In this document: one piece after another, positions 7,386-16,534 of the stretch
Numbering within the stretch: position 1 is the first letter of the stretch
Layout of the letters: each line of letters opens with the position of its first letter
From: Elusimicrobiota bacterium
Lineage (GTDB): Bacteria; Elusimicrobiota; Elusimicrobia; 2-01-FULL-59-12; JACPXA01
Direction of reading: 5' to 3'
Length of the DNA: 32,066 nucleotides
Assembly: GCA_016196785.1 (NCBI GenBank)
Contig: JACPXA010000263.1
Location: 1-32,066 of the forward strand
Translations under genes and position numbers: made by a program
Notes under the pieces: model-generated
Database searches by the model: none
Told to the model about the DNA's origin: nothing
What the model saw: only the letters and a program-made list of their open reading frames with translations

Positions 7386-8739
7386 TCTCCTCGAAAAACT
7401 CCCTCCCCAATCCATCGAGGCCGAGATGGCGGTGTTGGGCGCGATGCTCATCGAAAAAGAAGCCGTCGCAAAAACCATTGAGATCCTCGATGTGCAGAGC
7501 TTCTATCGGCAGGCCCATCAACAGATCTTTGAGGTGATTCAGCGGTTCTTCACCGAAGGGAAGGCGGTGGACGTCGTGACAGTCGCAGAGGAGCTGAAAC
7601 GGCAACGCGTCCTGACCGATATCGGAGGGGCGAGCTACCTCACGAGCCTGACCAGCGCTCTTTCAACCGCCGCCAATGTGGAACACTATGCCCGGATCGT
7701 CCGCTCGAAGGCCACCCTCCGGGATCTCATCACCTCCGCCACACAGATCGTGACCGACTGTTTTGCGGAACGCGATGGGGTGGACCGCCTCCTCGACCGC
7801 GCGGAGCAAGCCGTCTTTGCCATCGCCCAACGGAAGGTGGAGCGTGGGTTTGTCCCCGTCTCCTCATTGGTCCACGATGTTATCGAAACGGTGGAACAAC
7901 TCTACCAGCGGAAGGAGCATGTGACCGGGGTGCCCACCGGGTTTACGGCCTTTGACGTCATGACCGCGGGACTCCAACCGTCCAACGTGATCATCGTGGC
8001 GGGGCGTCCCGCGATGGGGAAATCGAGCTGGTGTTTGAACCTTGCCGCCCATGTGACGATCCACCTGCATCAACCGGTGGGGTTGTTCTCCCTGGAGATG
8101 TCCCGCCAGGAGGTGATGCTCCGCCTCCTCTGTGCGGAGGCACGGGTAGATTCCCACAAGGTGCGGACGGGGTTCCTCGAAAAGAAATACTGGAATACCC
8201 TTACCGCTGCCGCCAGTCGGATTGCCGAGGCGCCTCTCTACATTGACGACACCTCTGCGTTGTCGGTGCTGGAGATGCGCGCCCGCGCCCGGCGCCTGGC
8301 AGCGGAACTCAAAGGACAGAACCAGTCCTTGGCGCTCATCATCGTGGATTATCTCCAATTGATGCGGGGGCTTGGTCAGACGGAAAACCGCCAGCAGGAA
8401 ATTGCGGAGATCTCGCGGAGCCTCAAGGCGCTCTCAAGGGACCTTGGGATTCCTGTCATTGCGCTGTCCCAGCTCTCCCGACGGCCCGAAGAGAAAGGGC
8501 GGGAAGGCCGACCTCAATTAGCCGATCTCCGGGAGTCTGGGGCGTTGGAGCAGGATGCCGACGTGGTGGTGTTTATCTATCGCGAAGAGATCTATAAGCC
8601 GAATGATCCTGAACTAGCCGGTCGGGCGAAGATCATCATTGCCAAACAACGGAATGGCCCCACGGGCGAATTTGAGTTGACGTTCCTGAAACATCTGACG
8701 CGCTTTGAGAACCCTACTCCCGTCACCGAAGCCGTCTAG
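7378..8739 (+). CDS. dnaB: Replicative DNA helicase DnaB (no intein)
   Basis: PPQSIEAEMAVLGAML, Walker A GRPAMGKS, IIVDYLQLM, ALSQLSR, RESGALEQDADVV. ATG 7378 (track: TTG 7372). Confidence 0.93.
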   Translation: MVDLLEKLPPQSIEAEMAVLGAMLIEKEAVAKTIEILDVQSFYRQAHQQIFEVIQRFFTEGKAVDVVTVAEELKRQRVLTDIGGASYLTSLTSALSTAANVEHYARIVRSKATLRDLITSATQIVTDCFAERDGVDRLLDRAEQAVFAIAQRKVERGFVPVSSLVHDVIETVEQLYQRKEHVTGVPTGFTAFDVMTAGLQPSNVIIVAGRPAMGKSSWCLNLAAHVTIHLHQPVGLFSLEMSRQEVMLRLLCAEARVDSHKVRTGFLEKKYWNTLTAAASRIAEAPLYIDDTSALSVLEMRARARRLAAELKGQNQSLALIIVDYLQLMRGLGQTENRQQEIAEISRSLKALSRDLGIPVIALSQLSRRPEEKGREGRPQLADLRESGALEQDADVVVFIYREEIYKPNDPELAGRAKIIIAKQRNGPTGEFELTFLKHLTRFENPTPVTEAV

Positions 8740-8746
8740 AACTAAG

Positions 8747-9955
8747 GTGGCGTCCCCCTCCAGCGGCCAGCGGCCCTTTCTTCGGCCCTGTTGGGTCGAG
8801 GTGCACCTCGCGGCGCTCCAACGGAACCTTCACTACATCAAAACGCGGCTATCCCCCCACACCGCCATCTTGGCGGTGGTGAAAGCCAACGGATACGGGC
8901 ATGGCGCCCTGGCGGTCGCCCAGGCCGCGCTCCAAGCCGGGGCGCACTTCCTTGGGGTCTCCAGCTTGGAGGAAGGAATTGCGCTTCGCGAGGGGGGGGT
9001 CACCGCGCCCATCCTGATCTTGGGAAGCCTGTATCCCTATGAGGTGCTCCCGCTCTTATGGAAGCATCGCTTGAGCCCGACGGTGGCAAGCCTGGCCATG
9101 GCGGAGGCGCTGAACCGTCTCTCACAGGAACGCCGGCAACGGATCCCGGTTCACGTGAAGATTGACTCGGGGTTTGGCCGGATCGGAGTGAGCATTGCCC
9201 ACGCCCTCTCCACGCTGAGGCGCATCCACGCGTTGCCGGGGCTCAAGCTGGAAGGGCTCTACACCCATCTCGCCGCCGCCGAGAGTGACCCCGCATATAC
9301 CCGCGAGCAGCTCACCGCCTTTGCGCAAGTGGTCCAGGCGTTTCAGGCATTGCGCTGGGCCGGGCGATGGATCCATGCCGCCAACTCCGCCGCACTCTTC
9401 CAGTATCCTGAGAGTCATTGGACCCTGGTCCGGCCGGGGCTGGCGATGTATGGCATTCAGCCATTTGTCGGCCGACCAACGCCTGAGCCTTTCGGCACAA
9501 CGCCTGAGCCTCTCGGCACACCGGCGTTGCCGCTGGAACCGGTCCTGACCTGGAAAACGCAGGTGGTCTTTGTGAAGCAGTTGCCCGCTGGGAATTCCCT
9601 CAGTTATGGACGGTCCTTTACCACGACCCGACAGAGCCGAATTGCCACCATCCCGGTCGGCTATGCGGATGGCTACCCTTGGCAGCTCTCGAACGTGGGC
9701 CAGGTCCTCATCCAAGGACGGCGGGTTCCCGTGGTGGGGCGGGTGACCATGGACATGACGATGGTGGACGTGACCGACCTGGGGCACTGTGAGGTAGGGG
9801 AGGAGGTCGTCCTCGTCGGGACGCAAGGTGCGGAGCGCCTCACCGCGGAGGAGGTGGCGGCGCGGGCCGGGACGATCAGCTACGACCTCCTCTGTGGGAT
9901 TGCCCACCGCGTCCCTCGATTGGTGACGGGCATGGGTGGAGGGCTAGGCGGATGA
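8747..9955 (+). CDS. alr: Alanine racemase
   Basis: PLP-lysine motif VVKANGYGHG, VRPGLAMYG, YGRSF.., IPVGYADGY, GRVTMDM. Start uncertain: GTG 8747, or TTG 8705 inside dnaB. Confidence 0.88.
   Translation: MASPSSGQRPFLRPCWVEVHLAALQRNLHYIKTRLSPHTAILAVVKANGYGHGALAVAQAALQAGAHFLGVSSLEEGIALREGGVTAPILILGSLYPYEVLPLLWKHRLSPTVASLAMAEALNRLSQERRQRIPVHVKIDSGFGRIGVSIAHALSTLRRIHALPGLKLEGLYTHLAAAESDPAYTREQLTAFAQVVQAFQALRWAGRWIHAANSAALFQYPESHWTLVRPGLAMYGIQPFVGRPTPEPFGTTPEPLGTPALPLEPVLTWKTQVVFVKQLPAGNSLSYGRSFTTTRQSRIATIPVGYADGYPWQLSNVGQVLIQGRRVPVVGRVTMDMTMVDVTDLGHCEVGEEVVLVGTQGAERLTAEEVAARAGTISYDLLCGIAHRVPRLVTGMGGGLGG
9477..9518 (+). repeat. In-frame 21-bp tandem duplication inside alr (TPEPFGT / TPEPLGT)
   Basis: caacgcctgagcctTtcggca (9477-9497) is directly followed by caacgcctgagcctCtcggca (9498-9518); one mismatch. 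Confidence 0.9.
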
Positions 9956-10758
9956 AGGAGGGTGTCCGATCGGTCGTTGAGCCGCCGCTCCGGTGGCTGG
10001 GGGAGCGGTTCTTGACCTTGGCTGAGGCCTTAGGCCAGGTGACGAAGCTCTTTCGACAGACCATCACCTGGCTCTACAAGGTGGAGGCGCGGAACGTCAT
10101 GGCCCAAATGGTGGAAATCGGCGTCCGATCCTTTCCCGTCACCTCCTTGACGAGTTTGTTCACCGGGATGGTGCTTGCCCTGCAGACCGGCTTTTCCTTT
10201 CGGAAAGTCTTTAATGAACCGCTGTACATCGGCAGCGTCGTGGGGCTGTCCTTGGTCAAGGAGCTGGGGCCGGTGCTCACCGCCGTTGTGGTCGCGGGCC
10301 GGGTGGGGGCGTCAATCGCAGCCGAGCTGGGGACCATGAAGGTCACCGAACAACTTGACGCGCTCTACACCTTGGGGACCCATCCGGTCCGATACCTTGC
10401 GGTGCCACGGTTTATCGCCTGTGTGACGATGGTCCCGCTCCTCACGGTGTACGCTGATTCCATCGGGGTCCTCGGCGGTTTCTTCGTGGCTTTCGTCCGG
10501 CATGGGGTCCCCTCCAGCGTTTTTTGGGATGAGATCCGCCTCATCAAACTCCATGAATGCTATCATGGCTTGATTAAGTCCATCGCCTTTGCGGTCATTA
10601 TTGTGGTCACAGCCTGTTATAAAGGGTTTACCTGTGGGGAGGGGGCAGAGGGGGTGGGGCGGGCGACCACCAGCGCAGTGGTGGTCTCCATGGTCTTGAT
10701 CTTGGTGAGCGATTACTTCTTGAGCGCCGCACTGGTGGCGTTGGGGATTGGCCGATGA
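9952..10758 (+). CDS. mlaE: MlaE-family ABC transporter permease
   Basis: VEIGVRSFPVTSLTSLFTGMVLALQ..SLVKELGPVLTAVVVAGRVGASIAAELGTMKVTEQLDAL. ATGA overlap with alr. Confidence 0.88.
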   Translation: MKEGVRSVVEPPLRWLGERFLTLAEALGQVTKLFRQTITWLYKVEARNVMAQMVEIGVRSFPVTSLTSLFTGMVLALQTGFSFRKVFNEPLYIGSVVGLSLVKELGPVLTAVVVAGRVGASIAAELGTMKVTEQLDALYTLGTHPVRYLAVPRFIACVTMVPLLTVYADSIGVLGGFFVAFVRHGVPSSVFWDEIRLIKLHECYHGLIKSIAFAVIIVVTACYKGFTCGEGAEGVGRATTSAVVVSMVLILVSDYFLSAALVALGIGR

Positions 10759-11531
10759 TCCGCGTCGAGCAGCTCTATAAGTCGTTTGGTCCCAAGCCGG
10801 TGCTCCAAGGGGTGAATCTAGAAATCCTGGATGGCGAGACGCTGACCGTCATCGGAGGGTCCGGGTGCGGGAAGAGCGTGCTCATCAAACACCTCGTGGG
10901 GCTGCTCCGCCCGGAGCGAGGGCAAATCATGGTGGATGGTGTGGACATCACCCGGCTCACAGAACAGGAGCTTACGAAGGTCCAAGGGCGGTTTGGTTAT
11001 CTCTTTCAAGGGGGGGCGCTATTTGACTCCCTCACTGTGGGGGAGAATGTGGCCTTTGGGATTAGGCACTTGAAGCCCATGCCCCAGTTCCTCCTGGAAC
11101 GGCGCGTCTCGGAGACGCTCGCCATGGTGGGGCTCTCGGGGGTCGAACCGCTCAAACCGGCGGCCTTGTCCGGTGGGATGCGGAAGCGGGTGGGGCTGGC
11201 CCGCGCCATCGCGTATGCCCCTCGCTATATCCTCTACGATGAGCCGACGACGGGGCTTGATCCGATCATGGCCGACGTCATCAATGAGTTGATCCTGGAC
11301 CTCCAGCGACGGTTGAAGACGACGGCCATTGTGGTCACCCATGACATGAAATCCGCCTATAAGGTCTCGAACCGCCTCGCGATGCTCTATGAGGGGCGGA
11401 TCATTCAGGTCGGATCGCCTGAGGAGATTCAACACACCACGAACCCCGTGGTGCGCCAGTTCATCACTGGGTCGAGCGTTGGACCCATCAAAGTCCCAAT
11501 GGCGGGCCCCATGTCTGGAAAATCCCAGTGA
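10755..11531 (+). CDS. mlaF: MlaF-type ABC transporter ATP-binding protein
   Basis: Walker A GGSGCGKS, signature LSGGMRKRVGLARA, Walker B ILYDEPTTGLD. 4-nt overlaps on both sides. Confidence 0.9.
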   Translation: MIRVEQLYKSFGPKPVLQGVNLEILDGETLTVIGGSGCGKSVLIKHLVGLLRPERGQIMVDGVDITRLTEQELTKVQGRFGYLFQGGALFDSLTVGENVAFGIRHLKPMPQFLLERRVSETLAMVGLSGVEPLKPAALSGGMRKRVGLARAIAYAPRYILYDEPTTGLDPIMADVINELILDLQRRLKTTAIVVTHDMKSAYKVSNRLAMLYEGRIIQVGSPEEIQHTTNPVVRQFITGSSVGPIKVPMAGPMSGKSQ

Positions 11532-12751
11532 TCTCTCCCGAAACTCGGGTCGGGATCTTTGTGTCTGTAGGACTTGCGATCTTCGCTGTAGGCGCTGTCC
11601 TCCTGGGGGATCTCCAGCTCCAGCGACGGTACCGGATCCATATTCTGTTTAACGATGCGGCTGGGTTGCCGGATAAAGGGCCGGCCAAAATCGCGGGGGT
11701 TGAAGTTGGCCGGGTGGAATCCATCAGCCTGGCTGAGGGGACGCATGCGCGGGTCACCGTATGGATCAAACGTGAGTGCCGGCTGTACCGAAACGCCACC
11801 GCTCGGATTCGTGCCACCGGGATCATCGGGACAAAATTTCTGGAGATCATGCCAGGGACGCCCGATCAACCGCGGTTGAAAGACGGGGAGACCATTCGAG
11901 GGCAAACGTCCCCTTCCTTCGACCGGCTCTTTGAACACCTGTCCTCGCTGTTTGGAGGCAAGGATGGAATGGCGACGTTGGGTGAGAATTTGAACGCAAC
12001 GATCGCGCATTTACGCAGGGTGTCTGAAGCGCTGGATGCTGCGGTGGGACTGCAGCAAACCGAGCTCGTAGAGCTTGTCCAAAACCTTCGGGACGCCTCG
12101 GCGGATCTCAAGGGACTCCTGCGGGACCTCCGTGAGGTGGTTGCGAGTCGGAAGGAGGATGTCAAAGAATCCCTGGTCAGGATTCGGTCGGTGATGGAGC
12201 GCTCTGATCGCATTCTGGGGATGGTGGAACGCGGGGAAGGGGCGTTGGGGAAATTGGTGGCCAACAAACAGGTGGGGGAAGAGGTTCAACAAACCGTCTC
12301 CTCCCTTAAACAGTCAACTGAGCAACTGCGGGATGTCCTGGGACGATTTACCCTGATCCGCACCTATTGGGACTTCCGTGGGCGGTACGATCCCAAGGAG
12401 AAGGAAACGCGGGTGGACGCGGGGATCGTCATCCGGCCGCGCGCGGATAAGTTTTACCGGCTCATGGGTCATAACCTTGGGACGAAGGACAAACCGGAGG
12501 ACACGATCGAAAAGCGGAACACCATCACCGCCCTCCTGGGGAAAGAGTTGGGGCCGGTAACGATCCAGGCCGGGGCGATCCGCTCGCGCGGTGGGGTGGC
12601 AATTTCCTTATGGCCGCTCTGGCGGCAGCCCGGCTGGCGGCAGCGACTCGAGATGGCGGGTGAGGCGTATGATTTTAATCGGGATGAAACCCGGAAAGAT
12701 CGAAAGCTGGAGGGGGGGCGGTGGTCAATCTGGGAGGACGGGTCGGGTTGA
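11528..12751 (+). CDS. mlaD: MCE/MlaD-family protein with a long helical C-terminal region; appears frameshifted near its 3' end
   Basis: N-terminal TM, then MCE core RIHILFNDAAGLPDKGPAKIAGVEVGRVESISL, then a helical region. Terminates shortly after a G7 tract (12712-12718). Confidence 0.8.
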   Translation: MISPETRVGIFVSVGLAIFAVGAVLLGDLQLQRRYRIHILFNDAAGLPDKGPAKIAGVEVGRVESISLAEGTHARVTVWIKRECRLYRNATARIRATGIIGTKFLEIMPGTPDQPRLKDGETIRGQTSPSFDRLFEHLSSLFGGKDGMATLGENLNATIAHLRRVSEALDAAVGLQQTELVELVQNLRDASADLKGLLRDLREVVASRKEDVKESLVRIRSVMERSDRILGMVERGEGALGKLVANKQVGEEVQQTVSSLKQSTEQLRDVLGRFTLIRTYWDFRGRYDPKEKETRVDAGIVIRPRADKFYRLMGHNLGTKDKPEDTIEKRNTITALLGKELGPVTIQAGAIRSRGGVAISLWPLWRQPGWRQRLEMAGEAYDFNRDETRKDRKLEGGRWSIWEDGSG

Positions 12752-12882
12752 CCTCGTGGCTCTATGCGGGCATAGGGGTAGAGGATCTGCGCAAGACCCG
12801 CCATGTGGTGGGATCGCTCAATCTGTTCTTTGAAGATAAGGACATCGCATATCTCCTCGGATTTGTCAGTCTCTCTCGCTGA
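12688..12882 (+). other. Start-less out-of-frame continuation of the MCE gene (..AVVNLGGRVGLTSWLYAGIGVEDLRKTRHVVGSLNLFFEDKDIAYLLGFVSLSR*)
   Basis: This frame is open from 12688 to TGA 12880-12882. It is protein-like with a beta-strand periodicity. It is reached from the MCE frame by a 1-nt change or -1 slip at the G7 tract. Confidence 0.5.
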
Positions 12883-12891
12883 GCAAAGGAG

Positions 12892-13905
12892 GTGAAGGCC
12901 TTGTTGATCTGGGTTTTTCGTCTCATGGCGGTTCTCCTGGGTCCCGTGATCGGATGGTTTCAGGTCTCTCGGGATGCCATGGGGATCCTGGTGGGGGTCG
13001 GGGCGGCGATCTTCATCATCTTGACTGAGATTGTGATGGAACGGGTCTCCCTGACGAGCGTTCTCTTTGGGGTGATCGGAGCTGGTCTCGGGTTGATCTT
13101 TGCCTGGTTTATTAATGAAGGGGTGCTGATCGTCCATGATCCCCGCCTCTCGGCCATGGTGAAACGCTACTCCGCGCTGATCTATATCGTGTGCACCTAC
13201 CTCGGGATGATCATTGCGGTGCGGCGACAGCAGGAGCTGGAAGAATTAGATCGCGGGGGTTTAACAAAAAAAGGAGCGCTCCGCCGGGGACAGGACGTGA
13301 AGGTGCTGGATACGTCGGCGATCATTGATGGGCGGATCGTGGATGTCTGCGAGGCCAAGTTTTTGACAGGGACGTTGGTGGTCCCGCGCTTTGTCCTCAG
13401 GGAACTGCAGGAGATCGCCGATTCCTCGGATACGCTGAAACGGGTGCGGGGACGGCGGGGTTTGGAGGTTCTTCGCCGGCTGCAAGAGAACCCTGAGGTG
13501 CCGGTGAAGGTCCTTGATCGGGACTACCCCGATCTTAAAGAGGTGGATGCCAAGCTGATCCAGCTCGCCAAAGAGCTGGGGGCCAAAGTGGTGACCACCG
13601 ATTTCAACCTGAACAAGGTCGGGGCGATTCAGAGCGTTGTGACCTTGAACGTCAACGATCTGGCGAACGCCCTCAAACCCGTGGTGTTGCCCGGGGAAGC
13701 GCTGACCATCGTGGTCGCCAAAGAGGGGAAGGAACGGGATCAGGGGGTCGGGTACCTGGATGACGGAACCATGGTGGTGGTCGAGGACGGGCGACGCGTG
13801 CTCGGGAAGAAGATCGAGGTCGTTGTCAGCTCTGTCCTTCAGACTTCTGCTGGACGGATGATCTTTACCCGTCCCAAAGATCGAGAGCCCACGGCCCCTC
13901 ATTGA
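12892..13905 (+). CDS. yacL: YacL-type membrane PIN + TRAM domain protein
   Basis: N-terminal TM helices, PIN (VKVLDTSAIIDGRI..VVTTDFNLNKV), TRAM (GEALTIVVAKEGKERDQGVGYLDDGTMVVVEDG..). SD AAGGAGG at 12886-12892 favours TTG 12901 over the track GTG 12892. Confidence 0.82.
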   Translation: MKALLIWVFRLMAVLLGPVIGWFQVSRDAMGILVGVGAAIFIILTEIVMERVSLTSVLFGVIGAGLGLIFAWFINEGVLIVHDPRLSAMVKRYSALIYIVCTYLGMIIAVRRQQELEELDRGGLTKKGALRRGQDVKVLDTSAIIDGRIVDVCEAKFLTGTLVVPRFVLRELQEIADSSDTLKRVRGRRGLEVLRRLQENPEVPVKVLDRDYPDLKEVDAKLIQLAKELGAKVVTTDFNLNKVGAIQSVVTLNVNDLANALKPVVLPGEALTIVVAKEGKERDQGVGYLDDGTMVVVEDGRRVLGKKIEVVVSSVLQTSAGRMIFTRPKDREPTAPH

Positions 13906-14603
13906 ACATCGCCGCCATCATCGTCGCCGCCGGCGCGGGGCGGCGCTTTGGTGGAACGACTCCCAAACAGTTCGTGAAGCTGGGGGGCCGTCCCCTCATG
14001 GCCTGGGCCTTAGCGGCCTTCCAGCAAGTCAAGAGCGTCCAGGAAATCAGCCTCGTCGTTCCCGCTCGTAGGATAGGATGGGTTCGCGAGCACATCCCCC
14101 GCTGGGGCTTTAGCAAAGTGCGGCACGTGGCGCCTGGGGGACGGACACGCACCGACTCGGTGGCCGCAGGACTGGCGGCACTCTCGCCTGAAGCCCAACT
14201 CATCGCTATCCATGATGGCGCCAGGCCGTTGATTGATCAAGCGACGATCCAACGGTGCCTCATCGCTGGAAGACGCTGGGGGACAGCCATCGCCGCGGTC
14301 CCGGTGACCGACACCATTAAGGTGGTCCATACCGGAATCATCACCGAGACCCCACCCCGCGACCGTCTCTGGCTCGCGCAAACCCCCCAGGTGTTTCGTC
14401 GGGACCTCTTAGAGCGGGCGCTCGCCGCGCGACCCCGTCACTTGCATCCGACGGATGATGCCCAGCTGGTGGAACGGCTGAACGCCCCGGTACGAGTAGT
14501 CCTGGGATCGGAGGAGAACATCAAGATCACCACCCCGCATGATCTCGAACGCGCGCATCTCATCCTGCAGCACCGTCGGCGCTGTTCGCTCCAATGCGTG
14601 TAG
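13902..14603 (+). CDS. ispD: 2-C-methyl-D-erythritol 4-phosphate cytidylyltransferase
   Basis: AAIIVAAGAGRRFGG..PKQFVKLGGRPL, IHDGARPL, VPVTDTIK. TTG start overlapping the yacL stop. Confidence 0.9.
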   Translation: MNIAAIIVAAGAGRRFGGTTPKQFVKLGGRPLMAWALAAFQQVKSVQEISLVVPARRIGWVREHIPRWGFSKVRHVAPGGRTRTDSVAAGLAALSPEAQLIAIHDGARPLIDQATIQRCLIAGRRWGTAIAAVPVTDTIKVVHTGIITETPPRDRLWLAQTPQVFRRDLLERALAARPRHLHPTDDAQLVERLNAPVRVVLGSEENIKITTPHDLERAHLILQHRRRCSLQCV

Positions 14604-15076
14604 GAATTGGGTACGACGTTCATCGGCTGGTTCGAGGTCGGCCCTTAATACTCGGGGGGATACCCATTCCTTTCAAACGGGGTTTGGCCGGCCATTCCGA
14701 TGCCGATGTGTTGCTCCACGCTATGATTGACGCCCTCCTCGGTGCCGCTGGCTTGGGATCCATCGGGCAACACTTTCCTCCCAGCGATCCTCGATTCCGC
14801 GGGGTCTCGAGTCTCTGGTTGTTAGAGCAAACACGGGGTCTTCTTACGCAACGCGGATGGCGCGTGGTCAACCTGGACAGTACGATCCTGGCGGAGGCCC
14901 CGCTGTTGGCCCCGTACCTCCCCCGGATGAAGGTTCAGATCGCCACACATCTGCAGGTGCCCCTTGAGGCGCTCAACCTGAAGGCGACCACCGGTGAAAG
15001 GCTCGGGTTCATTGGTCGTGGGCAGGGGATCGCCGCAGCCGCTGTCGCGCTCATCGCCCCTCGAGCCCGCCGCTAG
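14594..15076 (+). CDS. ispF: 2-C-methyl-D-erythritol 2,4-cyclodiphosphate synthase
   Basis: MRVGIGYDVHRL..GHSDADVLLHAMIDALLGA. A separate ORF overlapping ispD by 10 nt (not an IspDF fusion). Confidence 0.93.
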   Translation: MRVGIGYDVHRLVRGRPLILGGIPIPFKRGLAGHSDADVLLHAMIDALLGAAGLGSIGQHFPPSDPRFRGVSSLWLLEQTRGLLTQRGWRVVNLDSTILAEAPLLAPYLPRMKVQIATHLQVPLEALNLKATTGERLGFIGRGQGIAAAAVALIAPRARR

Positions 15077-15085
15077 AAAGATCGC

Positions 15086-16534
15086 ATGGGACTAGCCCTC
15101 TACAACTCCCTGAGTAAGACCGTCTCGTCCTTTACCCCCTTTCGTCCAGCCACCGTCGCCATGTACGTGTGCGGCATCACCCCCTATGATGCCTGCCATC
15201 TCGGGCATGCCCGTTCCTATGTGGTGTTCGATCTGCTGCGCCGGGTCCTGACCTATGGGGGGTATCACGTCCGTCACGTCCAGAACTTTACGGACGTTGA
15301 TGATAAAATCATCCAGCGCGCCCGGGAGACCCATCAATCCCCCAAGGAGCTCGCCCAACGATACATCGCCGACTATTTTACCCAGTTCGATCGTCTCAAC
15401 GTCCTGCGGGCTGACGCCTATCCCCTCGCCACCCAACACATCAATGACCCTGACCATCGGCCAAACATCCTCGAGATGATCCAAGGGCTGCTGGAGAAAG
15501 GGGTCGCCTATCGGGTGGATGGGGATGTCTACTTTGCCATCGGGCGGTTTGCCGGATACGGGCGGCTCTCTCACCGGTGCACGGAAGAGTTATTGGCTGG
15601 CGCTCGAGTCGAAGTTGATCCCCGAAAACGCGACCCGTTAGACTTCGCGCTCTGGAAGGCCTCCCAACCCGGTGAACCCGCCTGGGACTCTCCCTGGGGA
15701 CCAGGGCGCCCCGGCTGGCATATCGAGTGTTCTGCGATGAGCATGGCGTACCTCGGGGTACCCATCGATATCCACGGCGGTGGTCAGGACCTGCTCTTCC
15801 CCCACCACGAAAACGAACTTGCCCAAAGCGAAGCCTTCAGCGGGCAGCCGTTTGTGCGGTGGTGGATCCACAACGGGTTCGTGACCATTAACCGGGAGAA
15901 GATGTCGAAATCCTTGGGGAACTTCTTCACGCTCCAGGAAATCTTCACGCGCTACTGGCCGGAGGTGGTGCGGCTGTTCCTGGTCTCCCACCACTATCGT
16001 GCTCCCATCGATTTTTCCCCGGAGGCGCTTGACCAAGCCAAACGCGCCCTCCTCGCGATCCTCAACGCCGTGATTGATGCGCAGGCAGCGCTCCCCTCAC
16101 ACGAGACCCTTGACGTGATCCAGACCAGCGAGCCGATGAAGATTCCCCAGGAGCTCGAGCGCGAGCTCGAATTCCACGAGGCCAATTTCAAGGCGGCGCT
16201 GGAGGATGACCTCAACACCCCGATCGCCCTCGCCGAGTGGCACCGGGTTGTCCATCGCCTCAACCAGTTGACGCGCACCAAGGCCTCCCCTGCCTGTTTG
16301 GTGGCCACCATCCGGCTCTTGTATCGGATGGCCGATGTGCTCGGTATTCGATTGGATGCAACGCGGCTACAACCCCAGGGCCAGGATCACCTGCAAGAGC
16401 TGCTGGTTCAACGAGAAGCGGCGCGGCAGCGTAAGGACTGGGCCGCCGCGGATGCCATTCGGCTAAAGATCCAGGCCCTCGGGTTTGTGGTGGAGGATAC
16501 CCCCGCCGGCCCCCGCCTCAAGCAGCGGACATGA
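15086..16534 (+). CDS. cysS: Cysteine--tRNA ligase
   Basis: Class I motifs HLGHARSY (HIGH) and KMSKS, GRPGWHIECS zinc site. Confidence 0.94.
   Translation: MGLALYNSLSKTVSSFTPFRPATVAMYVCGITPYDACHLGHARSYVVFDLLRRVLTYGGYHVRHVQNFTDVDDKIIQRARETHQSPKELAQRYIADYFTQFDRLNVLRADAYPLATQHINDPDHRPNILEMIQGLLEKGVAYRVDGDVYFAIGRFAGYGRLSHRCTEELLAGARVEVDPRKRDPLDFALWKASQPGEPAWDSPWGPGRPGWHIECSAMSMAYLGVPIDIHGGGQDLLFPHHENELAQSEAFSGQPFVRWWIHNGFVTINREKMSKSLGNFFTLQEIFTRYWPEVVRLFLVSHHYRAPIDFSPEALDQAKRALLAILNAVIDAQAALPSHETLDVIQTSEPMKIPQELERELEFHEANFKAALEDDLNTPIALAEWHRVVHRLNQLTRTKASPACLVATIRLLYRMADVLGIRLDATRLQPQGQDHLQELLVQREAARQRKDWAAADAIRLKIQALGFVVEDTPAGPRLKQRT

Noticed and set aside
13902-15076. Possible bifunctional IspDF fusion
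   Set aside because: The ispD frame ends at TAG 14601-14603. ispF starts at its own ATG 14594 in another frame with a 10-nt overlap. These are two separate genes.
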